Below, in pieces: positions 49,501 to 62,156 of a stretch of 64,000 nucleotides of DNA (its first letter is position 1; each line of letters opens with the position of its first letter). The translations under genes were made by a program, and so were the position numbers. The DNA lies in contig NW_020843614.1 of NCBI RefSeq assembly GCF_003704095.1, forward strand, positions 372,001 through 436,000. Direction: 5' to 3'. Origin of the DNA: Pocillopora damicornis (lineage: Eukaryota). The notes under the pieces are model-generated. The model was not told the origin of the DNA. It worked only from the letters and a program-made list of their open reading frames with translations, and ran no database searches.

Positions 49501-51840
49501 CTTTCTACAATCCATAACAATCCTTTCTACATGTAAGACAACATACTTCCATGCAAATACATTGTATGACTGAGTTTAACCCCCTAATTCAAACCATTAG
49601 TTGTAAGAACAAAAAAATAAGCTTTTCACCTGATTTAGCTCTTCAATTCTCTTGACATAATCCTGCTGACTCAGATTCAGCATTTCTTTGACTGAGCCCT
49701 ACAAAATATAGCAGAGATTTCTTTCACATGTTGCATACATGTTGTAGAGAAATGGAAATCAAACTAGTCAGAATCCTTAAGATTCACAAATGAATAACAT
49801 CAGTAGAATAAGTATTGGAAGAACTAGGAAAGATGATAAACACACTCCTATAAATAGAAACCTCTCCTATCCAATATCTCTGTGACAACATAATTTATTT
49901 GAGAAATTATTATATTACGTTTGAGATAAGTTTCTTCCTTTCAAACATTAAATGATACAAAACTTTTCTTTCACGACCCATTCCTAGCAACAAATACTGT
50001 GTTTCACTAAATATATTTTGATTCAATCTTCTTCCTTACTTCTTCAAAGTCATCTAACTGTTCTAGTCTGTGCTTGACTTTATCTGCAACTGTTGTTTGC
50101 TGCTTGATTACCACTGAAAAATATTGAACAAAAAAGATACTTATTTTTTGTTGATTTCTACAAATTAATTTTGCACTCTATGAATTTATTACATTTCAAA
50201 TTCCAGACATTCCATTTCTAGCATTCTGATTGGTTCACTCAGCTTCGGTTATCAGCCCATATACAGAATCATCTCATTTGAAAAAAAATTTCCCCAAGTG
50301 TTGCTAAGTTGGATTTACCTAGGCTGGAAAAAAAATACTTCTATTAAGCATTGTGGACAATTTAATATGATAAAACACTAACTACATTTTGCACTTGTTG
50401 GGTGCAAGATTTGTTGCAGCCAGTTTGGTGCTATGCATCTTGTTGGCTATCAACCATCTCATATCTGACATTATTGTTAAATATCATTGACAACCTTCAT
50501 TAAACATCAGTTCCCAATGTTAGCATTATTAAAATAGTACAAGAGAAGGATAGTTATTTGAACAACTCACTCTTTTCAGATTTTTCAGATGATGACAAGA
50601 AACTCTGCCAAGAAAAATAAATTTATAACTATTAGTAGATGGTACCGAAAGTAAGATCAGCAAAATTATGCAACACTGAAAATAAGTGAATCCCTAAACA
50701 CTGAACTGCAACATGTAGTTAGCTTACCGTGCTAATGGACAGTTTTTGTGAGGTTGTATATTTAGCAAGGATTCCTACTCTCTTCTTGAGCCATGGTTTA
50801 AAGTCACTTTGGCTTTTTTCTTTATTAGATACAGAGGATGACTGAGGAAACAAAAAAGTAATAAGACTGTTAGTAAGTCATTTCGCCGGTCTAAAGTCAT
50901 CCCCTTCTGATTTGATTTTATGGTAAAAACTACATACAACAAAAACTTGATCTGTACAAATTTATTGCAGTAAAACATAAAGTAAACACAATGAGTACAA
51001 ACCTGTTCTTTCTTTGATGCTGGTGCAGAAACTGATGATGTTTTCTTTGTACTGGCTTCCTGAGCAGCAAACATTGACAATGGATCCAGCCCATCAAACG
51101 CGTCAGGTTTTGCTTGAATCAAACTCGAAGGATCAGCTACAGGAGTGCCTTTGGATAAACTATCAGAAGGAGTGCTCGATTTTTTGCGACTGTTATCAAC
51201 GTTCTGCAAGAAACGTTTTCAAGTGTGAAAGAATTGTATACTTTTAAATCACATCGAAAACAAAGGTTACTGGGTTGGTTGACTGCGAAGTCTACAAAGT
51301 TTTTTCCTGTTTTTCGTTTAAATATTTCATAAAATTACTAAGAAGGTAGCTAAACATTTCACTACTTAATTTCTGCCATTACAAGAGTAAAGAATGACAA
51401 AGTGTTGATTTCTCTGGATATAAATTTAACCATGGGTATGGGGAGCTGAGGAGATCAGCTCCGGCAAGATTAGTGTTTTGTCTTAGCTTCATTTTCTCCT
51501 ACTTACAATCACAGAACCCAGTTTCAGTGGGTGATCGATTGCTGTCTCACTCGGAAGCACGTTTTTCTCCCTTTCATATTTCCTGGTACGAGCAACCCTG
51601 TGGAAAGGAGAGCGAGATTGTTAACTGGGTAAATTAGCAGTCTCCCAGTATCATGTCTATCTTTCCAACAGTTTACTATAAAAATTATGATTGTCTCTTA
51701 GAAAAAAAGTTTTATCACCCAATAGTGAAAAATCAATGTTACAAAGTAGGTCTAAAGGAAGAAAACAGTTGAAAAGGTTGAAAATTGTCCAAAAGCGAAC
51801 TATTTCCCCGTGATATCACTTACCATTCGCAGGCCGCCAT
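37569..51840 (-). CDS. VPS35L: VPS35 endosomal protein sorting factor-like (C16orf62, Retriever subunit)
   Basis: Many short exons. Starts MAACEW|[13 protein letters not shown]. Motifs [130 protein letters not shown]. Ends [10 protein letters not shown]...NLQTKI*. Confidence 0.95.
45395..45835. other. Assembly gap (441 N) inside a VPS35L intron
   Basis: N run. The flanking exons (..ARTYICR | VGILVAP..) join without obvious missing protein. Confidence 0.98.
46100..46385 (+). mobile_element. Degenerate SINE-like repeat
   Basis: ctggatatagaggtcc..ctggggtcactatgtcatgttcttgg..tctccacccag..atgggt..gaaactggaataagctctgg, a layout I recall from cnidarian SINEs; related to 12890-13140. Confidence 0.5.
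46886..47099 (-). other. U12-type (minor spliceosome) GT-AG intron in VPS35L
   Basis: 5' splice site GTATCCTTG. Branch site TTCCTTGAC lies about 10 nt before the AG, with no polypyrimidine tract. The spliced frame gives IPRF-YVET. Confidence 0.88.
48590..49095. repeat. Cluster of tRNA-derived repeat units in opposite orientations
   Basis: About 48600-48712 (minus) and about 48948-49060 (plus: gtggttcagtagtagaaca..gaggtttgattcctc) are reverse complements with A/B-box-like motifs. A third partial unit lies at about 48850-48918. Confidence 0.75.
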
Positions 51841-52687
51841 GTTGTTTTCGCTTAGACACCGCTCCTTCCCGGGCGGTGTCTTAGACGGGATCATGGTCAC
51901 GCAAAAAGTCATAACACAATCTTCCCTGAACGGTGTTTGAAACAGATATAAATATTATGAGCAATACATTGGACATGCAAACATCTATAAGCAAGAGTCG
52001 TTATTCTAGTCGAGTGTGCTGTGCCTAATTGGAGATATCATAACCATTTGGATTGTTAATTTTTTTGCAGGATAATAAAAGGAAGGTCTGCAGAAGTACA
52101 AAGACATTTCGCATACTGTCACGTTTTTAGAATTTTTTAGAGGCCAACCTGGACTAATTGAGCTTGGCCTTTAAATTTTCGAGTGTTTGTTACATGCGAC
52201 TATCTACATAATTTTAGAAAATTATCGAAAGAATAATGAAGGAGTTCAGGAGTTGTTGCATTAGTTGTTGTTACTTTTGAGTGCATCACGCAACGCGGCT
52301 ATACCTAGTCTTTGTCTCACCTTTTTAGGACAAACGCTTTATGTTGGAGGAAAAGGATTCCTCAGGCAGAATGAAAGTGTACAAGTGGCTGTAAGTGCTA
52401 CTTTACTAATTTCGCCCTCTCTTCAACACTCCAAACAGCCAACAACCGCAGTCATTGTTTCTCATTTGTATATTTATTCACAATAATTACATCACGCATA
52501 TTCATCGCGCGTACAAGAGTTCTTTGGTAAAAATCATTAAAAACGAAGGCTCTTAACTGATATCCGAAATGAAAACCTACGTTTTTAATGATTTAAAACC
52601 AGATAACGATTTTTGCACAAGATATATATCTTTTTGTACTTGTTAGGCTTCTGGTTAAATAAATAGCAAGGCCACATTCACGATAAT

Positions 52688-53330
52688 TTATTCCGACATT
52701 TCCTTATCGTTCAATTTATCTTCTTCTTTGTTGTCGTCTTCCATCCATGACCAGAGCATATCATTCAAACCTTCTAAAACACAAAGGGAATATGTAAATT
52801 AATGTTTTTTTTCTATGATTCAGATACTCGCTACTAATTTATCAAGACTATGATCATTGAGGCATTAAACTTTTCTTCTTTATTCATAGNNNNNNNNNNN
52901 NNNNNNNNNNNNNNNNNNNNNNNNNNNNNNNNNNNNNNNNNNNNNNNNNNNNNNNNNNNNNNNNNNNNNNNNNNNNNNNNNNNNNNNNNCTATCAGTACG
53001 ATATCAAGCAGACAAGTAATGAGAATAAAGAAAAATATCAGTTAGAGGATTATTGGTTGATCCAATTCCGAATTCTCTAAACTAACATCACAACTAAATT
53101 GTATGGTAGAAAGTAAGGAGAATTACTAATGAAATCTTGGGAGTTAAAGGCTTAAGTCAAGTCCACCATCAAAACATCTCGGTGATGATCAAGTAAGTTC
53201 TCACCAAAATTTTCTACGAGCAAAGAAAATCAAAGCTCAAAAGCTCGGCTGAGACATTTTTGGTTGGCAGTTTTATTTCTCGGTGGGGTCGTTTTAGCTG
53301 AGCGCTTGCTTTACCATCGTTCCGCTCCAG
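52688..53330 (-). CDS. Candidate 3' end of an unannotated small acidic protein gene with micro-exons
   Basis: Putative exons 53330-53315 (16 nt), 53213-53205 (9 nt), 52773-52688, all with AG/GT borders and consistent phase: LERNDENFEGLNDMLWSWMEDDNKEEDKLNDKEMSE*. No start identified. Confidence 0.3.
52890..52989. other. Assembly gap (100 N)
   Basis: N run. Confidence 0.98.
52990..53155. mobile_element. Right part of a piggyBac-like MITE abutting the gap
   Basis: Ends tgggagttaaaggcttaa, as in the 18775 and 25258 copies. Confidence 0.65.
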
Positions 53331-54920
53331 CTGCATATTAAAGGTACACAATTCCAGTTTACATATCTGAGACCTTAGTAGGATAGTAATAGGAAAAAAC
53401 TGCATTTACAGTGTGATAGTTTCTGGGTACGTCAGACTTTCGCACTTCACACAAAAGTCCATATTTTGATCAAATACAATTTGTGCCACAATGCAATATA
53501 ATCTCGAATCCCTAAAACAAGTACCATATTGGAAGTATGATGACATCGTTAACTGAAACATTTCATATTTTGATCGCCTTCTGCTCTAATCTTCTGTTAG
53601 GTTAACAAAGATGACAGTTTTTTTCTTAGATCTTTATTAGTTTATGTCCAAGGCGCGCACAGAGGTAACATCAAAGATAATTCAACACATCAATCAATCA
53701 AGCTTAATTGCATATAAAATTATGTCAAACTAATAAGACAAATTAAATAATTCCTTCATCAAAATGTCAAAATAATTCCAAACCACGAAAAGGACAAAAG
53801 TTTGACTTGTGATGCTTCAACTTTGTTGAGCTTGGGAATGCGTGTCACACCTAATTTTTCAAAGCGGACTTTTTCCACTTGTAAGCGCGGTAACAAAAGC
53901 AATTAATGGTATATTCAATTTGCAGTGAGAATTCGTTAAGTATTTGTCAATTCGCAAACAAAGTTATCGACAGCTGAGGAAATGAATCTCCATTTCAAAG
54001 TTTCGCTAATGGTTTAGTCTACGCCTTCCGGCACAACTAATCTCGCTGTTGACAATACAGTTAAAACTCCTGTTTTATGCAAACAAGTTAATTTCCTCTT
54101 GGAAAATAAGAGACAGGAAAGATGGAACAATTTAGTTTGCTTTTTAAAGTGAAGCAGCTGCATCAATGGTTACTAGATAAGGAAAGCGTGGTGAAGCCTC
54201 ATTTTGCCTCGAATAAGATTTTGAAGACTGGGTAGCAAAATCGTAAGCCGGCACAGCTATAACCTAAGGTAAAAAACTAATTTGAGAACTAGTTTTGGTA
54301 AACTCATTCCAGTTCTACAAGCAACTTATACGCTTTACTTGCTGGTTATTCTTAGAAGGAACTTGAACAACTTCGTGTAATGACTACTGTTAACTAAAGC
54401 CCCAGCTAAGAGCTTGAGAACTCACCATCAAAACTGAAGAATGCCAAATTTACAAGTTGGATGCTACCATCTTTCCTATATCCGTTATGACAAGCTTTAG
54501 TTTCTCTCTCTGAGCAGGTTCTCTAAACGATATGCCCGCTTTTTGGAGAATATTTCCTCTTGTCACTTTGCGGTTATAAGAATTCCAGTTTCTTAATATC
54601 TCCGTACGCGCCTGAGTATCAAGCAGTCTGGAAAGTTAAAAAGGCGTTTAATCCAAAGAGTTAATCATCCTTCTTTCTTACAGTTAAAGTGCGGCCAAAA
54701 GGAAACCTTTCGTTTTGAAAGCACGCATGACGAAATACCCTTTTCTTGGTTGCTTTAATGACCATTGCTCTGCTCAACTGTTACGTAAACTTTTATTTTG
54801 ACTACTTAAGTCGGAATTTATCAATTCTATGGATAAACTGTTAGGAAATATTTTATGGCTCGGGTCATGGTTATGGAAGTTTACTCAGATATTCGAATAT
54901 CGGCCATAATCCTGAGCAAA

Positions 54921-55020
54921 NNNNNNNNNNNNNNNNNNNNNNNNNNNNNNNNNNNNNNNNNNNNNNNNNNNNNNNNNNNNNNNNNNNNNNNNNNNNNNNN
55001 NNNNNNNNNNNNNNNNNNNN
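54921..55020. other. Assembly gap (100 N)
   Basis: N run. Confidence 0.98.
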
Positions 55021-55731
55021 TGGTAAGATTGGCACCAAAAATACCCTCTTTGCGGCTGTCTGATCGCAGATTACTTCGAAATCTGTTTCAGAAAACTGCA
55101 ATTACCACCAATGATTTGATGCGTATTTACACTTTCATGCTGAAACTTGTAATCGATTTAAAGCCAATTAGATTTGTCATACATTTGCCCTTGAATTCTT
55201 TACCAAACTTGCTCCGGCGAGATATCAGGATGCAAAAATGTTTTATAAGAATGAAAAGTGAATATCACAGTTTTAAACACCTAACAACAAAAGACCACCT
55301 GTTGACTGCTGCAATTTGCTTGGCTTATCGGCAACATATTCATTTATTATTCCCTTTGTAAACATCCATTCTCAAGTGACATGACGGTGATGGCTCAATG
55401 TTATTCAAATCGAGCGCTCGCCGGTCACTGTTATTATTCTTTTAGTTGGCAGTGAGTGTCAGTACGAGCGCGGTTTGTGGACGTGAAGCACTTGAAAAGT
55501 ACGGATGCCCAGATATTGCAATATCTGAGATCCGTTACGGGGAATTGACGGAGCGCGATCGACGGAAGATTTTAAAAGGTTCTTAAAATAGAATCAGAGC
55601 TGTGACCCTGAAGTATCACGCCATCTCGTTACTCATTTGATGCAATCGAGGCTGATGACTAACTGAGAGCTGTGGTTGCAAAGAAAATCGACTGAAAAGA
55701 CTTGAAATTGACGAAACCTCAAGCATAGTGC

Positions 55732-58691
55732 ATGATGCAGAGGTAAGTTTTCGAAACTGCTGTGATTGCGGATGAGTCTTTTTGTATGATTATTGCGCTT
55801 CGTTTTCTTTTTCTTGAGACGCTACTCGCTAAGGAATTCGCTTACGATCATTAGGAGATATGAAACATGTTTGAGACTCACAACAGTGTAACTAATTTTT
55901 TCGATCGCTGGAACGGTTCATAGGAAATTTTGCCTTCTTTTGTGCTTTCGTTTCGACAGGTTATAATGCGTACGACGAGAAATTTCCTGTGCGGCAAATA
56001 TGTCATCATGTTTTCTACAAAATTTATGTGCAGGCCATTCTCGCCAGACTGTTTCATTACATGCTACGAAACCAGCACAGTTGATCGAGAATTTGTCAGG
56101 GCTTAGAAGAAAATCGTATTTATGTAATCTAAGAATAATTTAATTCTTTCCGGAGAAGCGGTCGATTTTGTTTTCATCTTGTCTTACTGATCCATCTACC
56201 GTGACACGGCGACTGAATTTTCCCACGGCAATATTAGGCTAATCAACTGACATTTACAATAAATTCCTCGCAGTCTTTGCTATGAACCCGCGAATTAGCA
56301 TTTCTTTGTCAAAGTGTTAAATTTGCCGTCTTCTCTGCCATTTCCGGGCCATTTTCGGTTCACGAGTTTGGGTTATCGGAACTCTTTATTGTCATAAATT
56401 GCAACGCTAGAATGAACAACGTGCGACTTTCCCGATAAGTGGTGTTTGGTAACATTACCAGGCCAAACACAACATATATCAAAGGATTACGGAGTAATTT
56501 TTTTGCATCAGAGCGTAAACCTCCAAGACCCACAGTAATGTTAAGATGGCGGGCTGTCTATGTAGATCACTCACGTATATTGAGTATATTATCTCCGCAC
56601 ATGGAATAAATTTTAGTCTAAAATATACCACCCTGATTGTTTGATTACATATATTGTCGATTTCCATCGAAAATGGCTCCTGGAAACAAAGGCAAAATTC
56701 TTAATTACATTACCTCATTATAGATTGTTATCACAGTGTTCCTCAATAGGCTTTTATTGCTAATAGAGTCGCTTTTCTGTCTTTGTTGTGAAAATTAAAC
56801 AATACCCTATAAGATCGGCGGAATATTTCTCGAAACAGCATGGTAACTGGTTTGACTGAACACGTGGTTTACCTTGACCTCGTGTCATGTTTTCAAAATT
56901 GATGGAATTCAGTTCACGATTAAACCGCTAATCTGAAATTCAACAGATTCAAGAGATTTTCGAAAAATTTCTAGTGATCACTCCCAAACTAAACACCAAC
57001 GCGCACAACGAAATTACAGCGTTTTAAAAATATCGTCAATGAACTTCTCTTGTACAACTCAACTTATTAGGAAGAACTTTTTGCTTTGTTTCTTCTCGTT
57101 GAGTTTTAGTATGCACTGATATATCAGTCTTCACAAACGCTTTGACTTTATTGCTTGAGTATTGACGTACAAATTACACTCCACAGCGGCCACGGTTAAG
57201 CGATATTCAATTGGCTTTAAATAATCTTCTTTGTGCTTGTGCGGCCCGTTTTTGACCAATTTAAGGTTTTTTTGAAGGTAGGTAACCATTTATATTTCAA
57301 AACTAGTTGACAAAGAACTTCTGCTTGCAACATTAAACGATTATCAACCAGATAGGCTTAGGGAATAGAAAAAAATATCTGCTAAGTGATACTTCAAATT
57401 ATCTTAACGAACACACAATAAAATACATAAAAACTTATGATTCGAACAGATATGGGGAGTTGAAGGTCAAAGAGGTTTTTAGATATAAACAAGCTGATTA
57501 GGGGAATGTGGCCATGTTTGACCTGTCAGGTTTTCGATCTCTCTCGATGGGTTAAATGGGGTATAAAAAGGATGAGGAATTATGAAGATTTTCCTATTAC
57601 TATAATAGGATTGATGTCTCATTCCACAATTTTATTACGTGCATATACACTTCACCGCCCGGAAATAAGTTTAATATGCTTCGGTTATAACTAGCCTTAA
57701 CTGTTGGGAAAATTTGACGAAATGCTGGAAGGAAACTTGCGACTGAGTAACCAAATATTTCATGATATAACTGATCATGGTTTATTTGGTTCCATGATAA
57801 ATCGTCTCCATCAAGTATTTGATTGTGCAGACTTATCTCTAAACCAAGAACCTTCAACATAGATACTTGTTCAAATTGGATTAAAAACTTCGTTAGCCAA
57901 GAATACCCGTTTCTAAATCACTTTTTACATGCAATGTGCGAGTAAAGTAGAGTTATTTTAGTGCTCAGTGAGGGGCATTTGACTCTCTGATAAATTCACA
58001 AAGCCGGAAGTTTAGTCACGTTAAGTGCCGGGTTTTCCCGAAAACCGCTTTTAGAAAAGTGGTAGGCTGCAAGCACGATTAGGCTAGTCTCGAACCTAGA
58101 CCTTTCACGGCCCACGGCCATGCGGTTGTTTCAGTTGTACCGTTGTACTTATGTCCCCTTATTTTAGGTATGTCCTCTGACGTAATGTGATACAGTGGCC
58201 AATCATATCTTGTGATCTNNNNNNNNNNNNNNNNNNNNNNNNNNNNNNNNNNNNNNNNNNNNNNNNNNNNNNNNNNNNNNNNNNNNNNNNNNNNNNNNNN
58301 NNNNNNNNNNNNNNNNNNTTCACGTTTTTAATCGAACATTTCTCATTTTCCATGTAGGCAAAATCTAGCAACTGCATCCTTAGATGATACAAGAGAGAAA
58401 CAAAGGGAGAAAAAAATTGAGAAACAAAGGGCTTTTCAAGACGCCGTGAACAGAAAAGATCGTGAAGAAGTTCATCGACTACTGAGTATCGGTATGGATA
58501 TTAACGCATTGAACGAAGCCGGCGATACTCCATTGCATCAGTGTATACGGGATGGTAGAGTTGATTCTGCAAAGCTACTGGTTGAGTTCGGTGCTGACAT
58601 CAGAAGAACGAATCGCGATGGTTGGTCCCCAGTCCACCTAGCAACCACTCTCGGTCAAAGAGATCTGGTGATGTTCTTGCTGGACAAATAG
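55732..58691 (+). CDS. NRARP: Notch-regulated ankyrin repeat protein-like
   Basis: Main exon 58358-58691: QRAFQDAV..GDTPLHQCIRDG..KLLVEFGADIRRTNRDGWSPVHLA..G.RDLV.FL closely follows NRARP as I recall it (QRIFQEAV..LHQSVIDG..KLLVKFGADIRLANRDGWS). Proposed first exon 55732-55742 (ATGATGCAGAG|GTAAGT) is phase-compatible but less certain. Confidence 0.8.
56220..56227 (-). promoter_or_regulatory. CSL/Su(H)/RBPJ consensus site CGTGGGAA in the proposed NRARP intron
   Basis: ttcccacg on the plus strand. Confidence 0.45.
58219..58318. other. Assembly gap (100 N)
   Basis: N run. Confidence 0.98.
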
Positions 58692-59016
58692 GTTGTCATG
58701 GATGAAGCTTGGAGCAAGTGGAATTGTTTTTGCATGTACACACTCTTAAGTTAAATATATCCGCAAGAACAATGTGAAATTCTACATTTTGATTTGCTGC
58801 GCAGAACTATGAACAATGTTGCAAGCGCATGTAACAACAAAGAAAGCAAATTATTTGCTTGGCACCGTGTACAGATGACATAATTACCCATAACAGCTCG
58901 TGGCTTGAATGCCAATGACACCTCAATAAAGTTTATAATAATCTGATTGTATTATCACCAAAATATATTATCACTAAAATAAATCCTCTCAAATGAGCCA
59001 TGTTCTATAATGCAGT

Positions 59017-59205
59017 TTACCCTTTGCACCCCAACATCAGTATGCATATTCTTCTCACTAATCTCCATAATTTCCTAAGGTGCTAAAAAGGAAAATTTTC
59101 TAAAAATCAAGAGCTTCTAAAGCTGATGATCATTTCCTTTCCCACTGCAACCTTAATGTGTGATTCAAAGGAGAAATTAGAAGCTAATATAATTCAAAGG
59201 GTCAA
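59017..59205. mobile_element. Degenerate piggyBac-like MITE
   Basis: tttaccctttgcacccc ... ttcaaagggtcaa termini; about 190 bp. Confidence 0.55.
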
Positions 59206-59947
59206 AACGTCACACGAGTCTGGTAACGGATTAATTCGTCAACCCTTTCTTTAGCATTACATCTCAGTACCTCTCTTACACCACCTCGAGGCAAGATTTC
59301 TGTTTAGTGAATGCTTTGTGCTTTTAACCTCTTGAGTTCCGGACCTAATTTCACCCAAACACCCAGCAATATGCAGACACCAGTTTAAGTCCCCGATTTT
59401 CTCTCTCATATTTACCATAAAACAAACCTGTGCTGGTTGTCAAATAGTGAGCACACACAGACAACAAAATTGAGCACATTTCTGTTCTAATCTGACCACA
59501 AAATTCAAAATGTGAGTTTCACTTTTACATGATTACAGTTTGGGCTGATATTTTTTTTACTTTTTAAGTGTTTATTTAACTTTAACAGTGTTTATTTGGT
59601 TTATTCTATATCCAAAATGTTTTTTTTTCCTGATTTCTCACTCTGATCCCTTTGGATTGAACAATCAACAACTGAACAGCAACATTACACATTATGCTTA
59701 ACCTACAATAGGCTGGCACTAGCAAGAGTCCTGTGGTTGTATTTGCCTTTGATGGCAAAAAGACATAACAAGTTGAAGCCAAATTCCTAAGGTGAAATTC
59801 TATCAAAACTTCCACTGTGGAAGTTTCGGTTCAATGTGCTTAGTTTGTAATTTCATACAGAGCCAAACACACTTTAGAAGTTTAAGGTACAGTTACATTG
59901 TAAGCTGTGTACACTGATAATTGTTAATAGATAATGAACTGGTTCAA

Positions 59948-62156
59948 TTACTTTGTCAAAAGTCCAGGAATCCTCATCATCCATTTCCTCACATCATCAT
60001 GTACATGATCTGCACCATTCTGCTTAACAATGCTACAGGCAAGTACAATATCAGCCAAGGTCATTTTCCCGCCAAGAATCCACTGTTTTGCAAGCTTTAA
60101 TTCAGGACTTTTTAAGGCAGCAGTTCGCTCTTTGCTACTTGCTAGTGATTTGTCAATCCAGTTGTCCACACATGCAGACTCTTCAGGTGTTAAATTACCA
60201 TACAAGTCAGGGAGAAATGTGCGGCAGAGGAAGCGAGCAATTGTTATTTCACCAGTCAACGGATTGTGGCCAGATGGAGACACTACTAGAGAAGGAAGAT
60301 CTCCCACTGAAAGGAACAAAAGATAAAGAATCTTAGTAATACGTTACAGTGTTCACTGGATGAACTTTAAATAACATTTGATCTCATTAACAAGCAAAGA
60401 CTTAGCCTAGTACTATAACTGTCACAATACTACAATTTAATCTCATAAACTAGCAAAGACTTAGCCTAGTACTATAACTGTCACAATACTGCTATTGACA
60501 ATCCATTTAACAAATTGATGTGGACTCACGAGGTGCAGCCGAGTAGGTTGGCAACAAATTTTGACCATTGTGATGACAAATATCTATGTTGATATGAGTA
60601 CAGACCATGCTTGACCACTGTTGATTTGTTTCTTACCACAGTACCATGTAAAATATAAAGATTCTTTCAGTGCATGACCAAGATTGTGATGGGAGCAGCA
60701 TTGTCTTTACTCTTCTCAACAATAGCAAATTGGCCAATCAGACTGCAACATTACTGCCAACTGTGGTAAAAACTGACTTGGAATCTTGACAGAAAGATTA
60801 AACTTTTCTCATTGAACTTTTACAATGAGAAGGAACACTTGAAACATGTCAATAGTTTCAGAAAAAATCAACACACTTTAGCCTTGCTCCAAAATAACAC
60901 ATAGCTAAAGATTTTTGTCTTTGACACAATTTTGCTTAGTAAAAAATGTTGGTCAATTGAGAGGTTGCATGAAAGGTAACTTAAATATTTACCTTCTTTC
61001 CAAACAATAGTTAAAATGATTGGGGCACGCCCAACTCCTTTACTACATTTGGAGAAGTTCTGAAACTGCATTCTGACAGCATCAGGAATAGGTTGTTTCA
61101 CTGACGAGTGGCTGAACATGGCTGTTGTATGGGCAAGCCCTCTCTGCTTCATAATATGTTGTAGGGTGCTGATAATAAGTGGAGGGTCACTCGGTGAAGC
61201 AGACATCACAAAATCACATGTTGTTGGAGAAACCTGTGTGGTTATCAACAGTGATTAATGCTTTGTCAATCAATCAATCAATTACTCATATGTAAGTCCT
61301 TTTGTGGTCAATCAGTCAGTCTTCTGGGTTGGTCCATCAATTTATGATCAGTTAGCAAGTCAGAGGTCGGTCTGTCAATCAGTCAGGCAGTCATTCAGGC
61401 TGGTAATAGAGTGTTATCAAAATGAGAAAAGTAACCTGTAAAAAGGAAACATTAACTGCTTTTTCACTGACAAAAAACCTTTGTTTACTGGTTTTCAAAA
61501 AAGCCCTTTTTACATTTTTGTGCAATTCTTATTCCTGACCTCTCCCGGCCTTTGGAAAAAATAGTGTTATTACCAGCACATTTAACTTTTATTTTTTCGA
61601 ACCCAACGGTTAGAAAAAAATTAAGAAGCATCCCTGCTAGAGGTGCGGTAGCCCGAATCTTTCACTGGCCTCATAATGGCTGCAGATCGACATCTAGTAA
61701 TCTCCTGTAAGGATTTTTATTATTTAGCCTAAAAATGTAGTAATCATTGAAGTGCACTCTGCTTACTTTCCCTTTTGGACGCGGAAGAGAAACTCCCAAT
61801 AGCTTGGCAACTTCTTGAACGGAAGTTTTCAGGCCATTCAGTTCACGAAGAATATCCTCTTGTTTTCTTTCGAGACTCTGAAGACTCGATGACGGCAGCT
61901 GTGCCTTGCGGTCCTAGAATTAAAAATTAGATGAGTGATCGCTGCGTAGGCGAAAAAAAGCTCACAAGCTCGAACACGTGATGCAATAAATTGTTTTATA
62001 CACTGAACACCATTCAGTTTCACGATCTACCTCAAGTTTTGAACTCGTCGGATAGTAGCTGGGCAGGCCATACATACAATTTGGAAGCGGTACAGCCGTA
62101 TCTTCGTAATATGTCGGATGGTGATACATAGAGATTACGGAACCTGCAGCCGCCAT
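59948..62156 (-). CDS. AIMP2: Aminoacyl-tRNA synthetase complex-interacting multifunctional protein 2 (p38/JTV1)
   Basis: Exons 62156-62031, 61913-61767, 61233-60993, 60306-59948. Motifs LPNCMYGLP, LQSLERKQEDILRELNGLK, DFVMSASPSDPP, HSSVK, LTIVWK, P.TGE.TIARFL, and a GST-C-like WILGGKMTLADIV. Confidence 0.92.
60380..60490. repeat. Tandem duplication (unit about 59 bp, 39 bp identical core)
   Basis: agcaaagacttagcctagtactataactgtcacaatact at 60393-60431 and 60452-60490. Confidence 0.88.
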
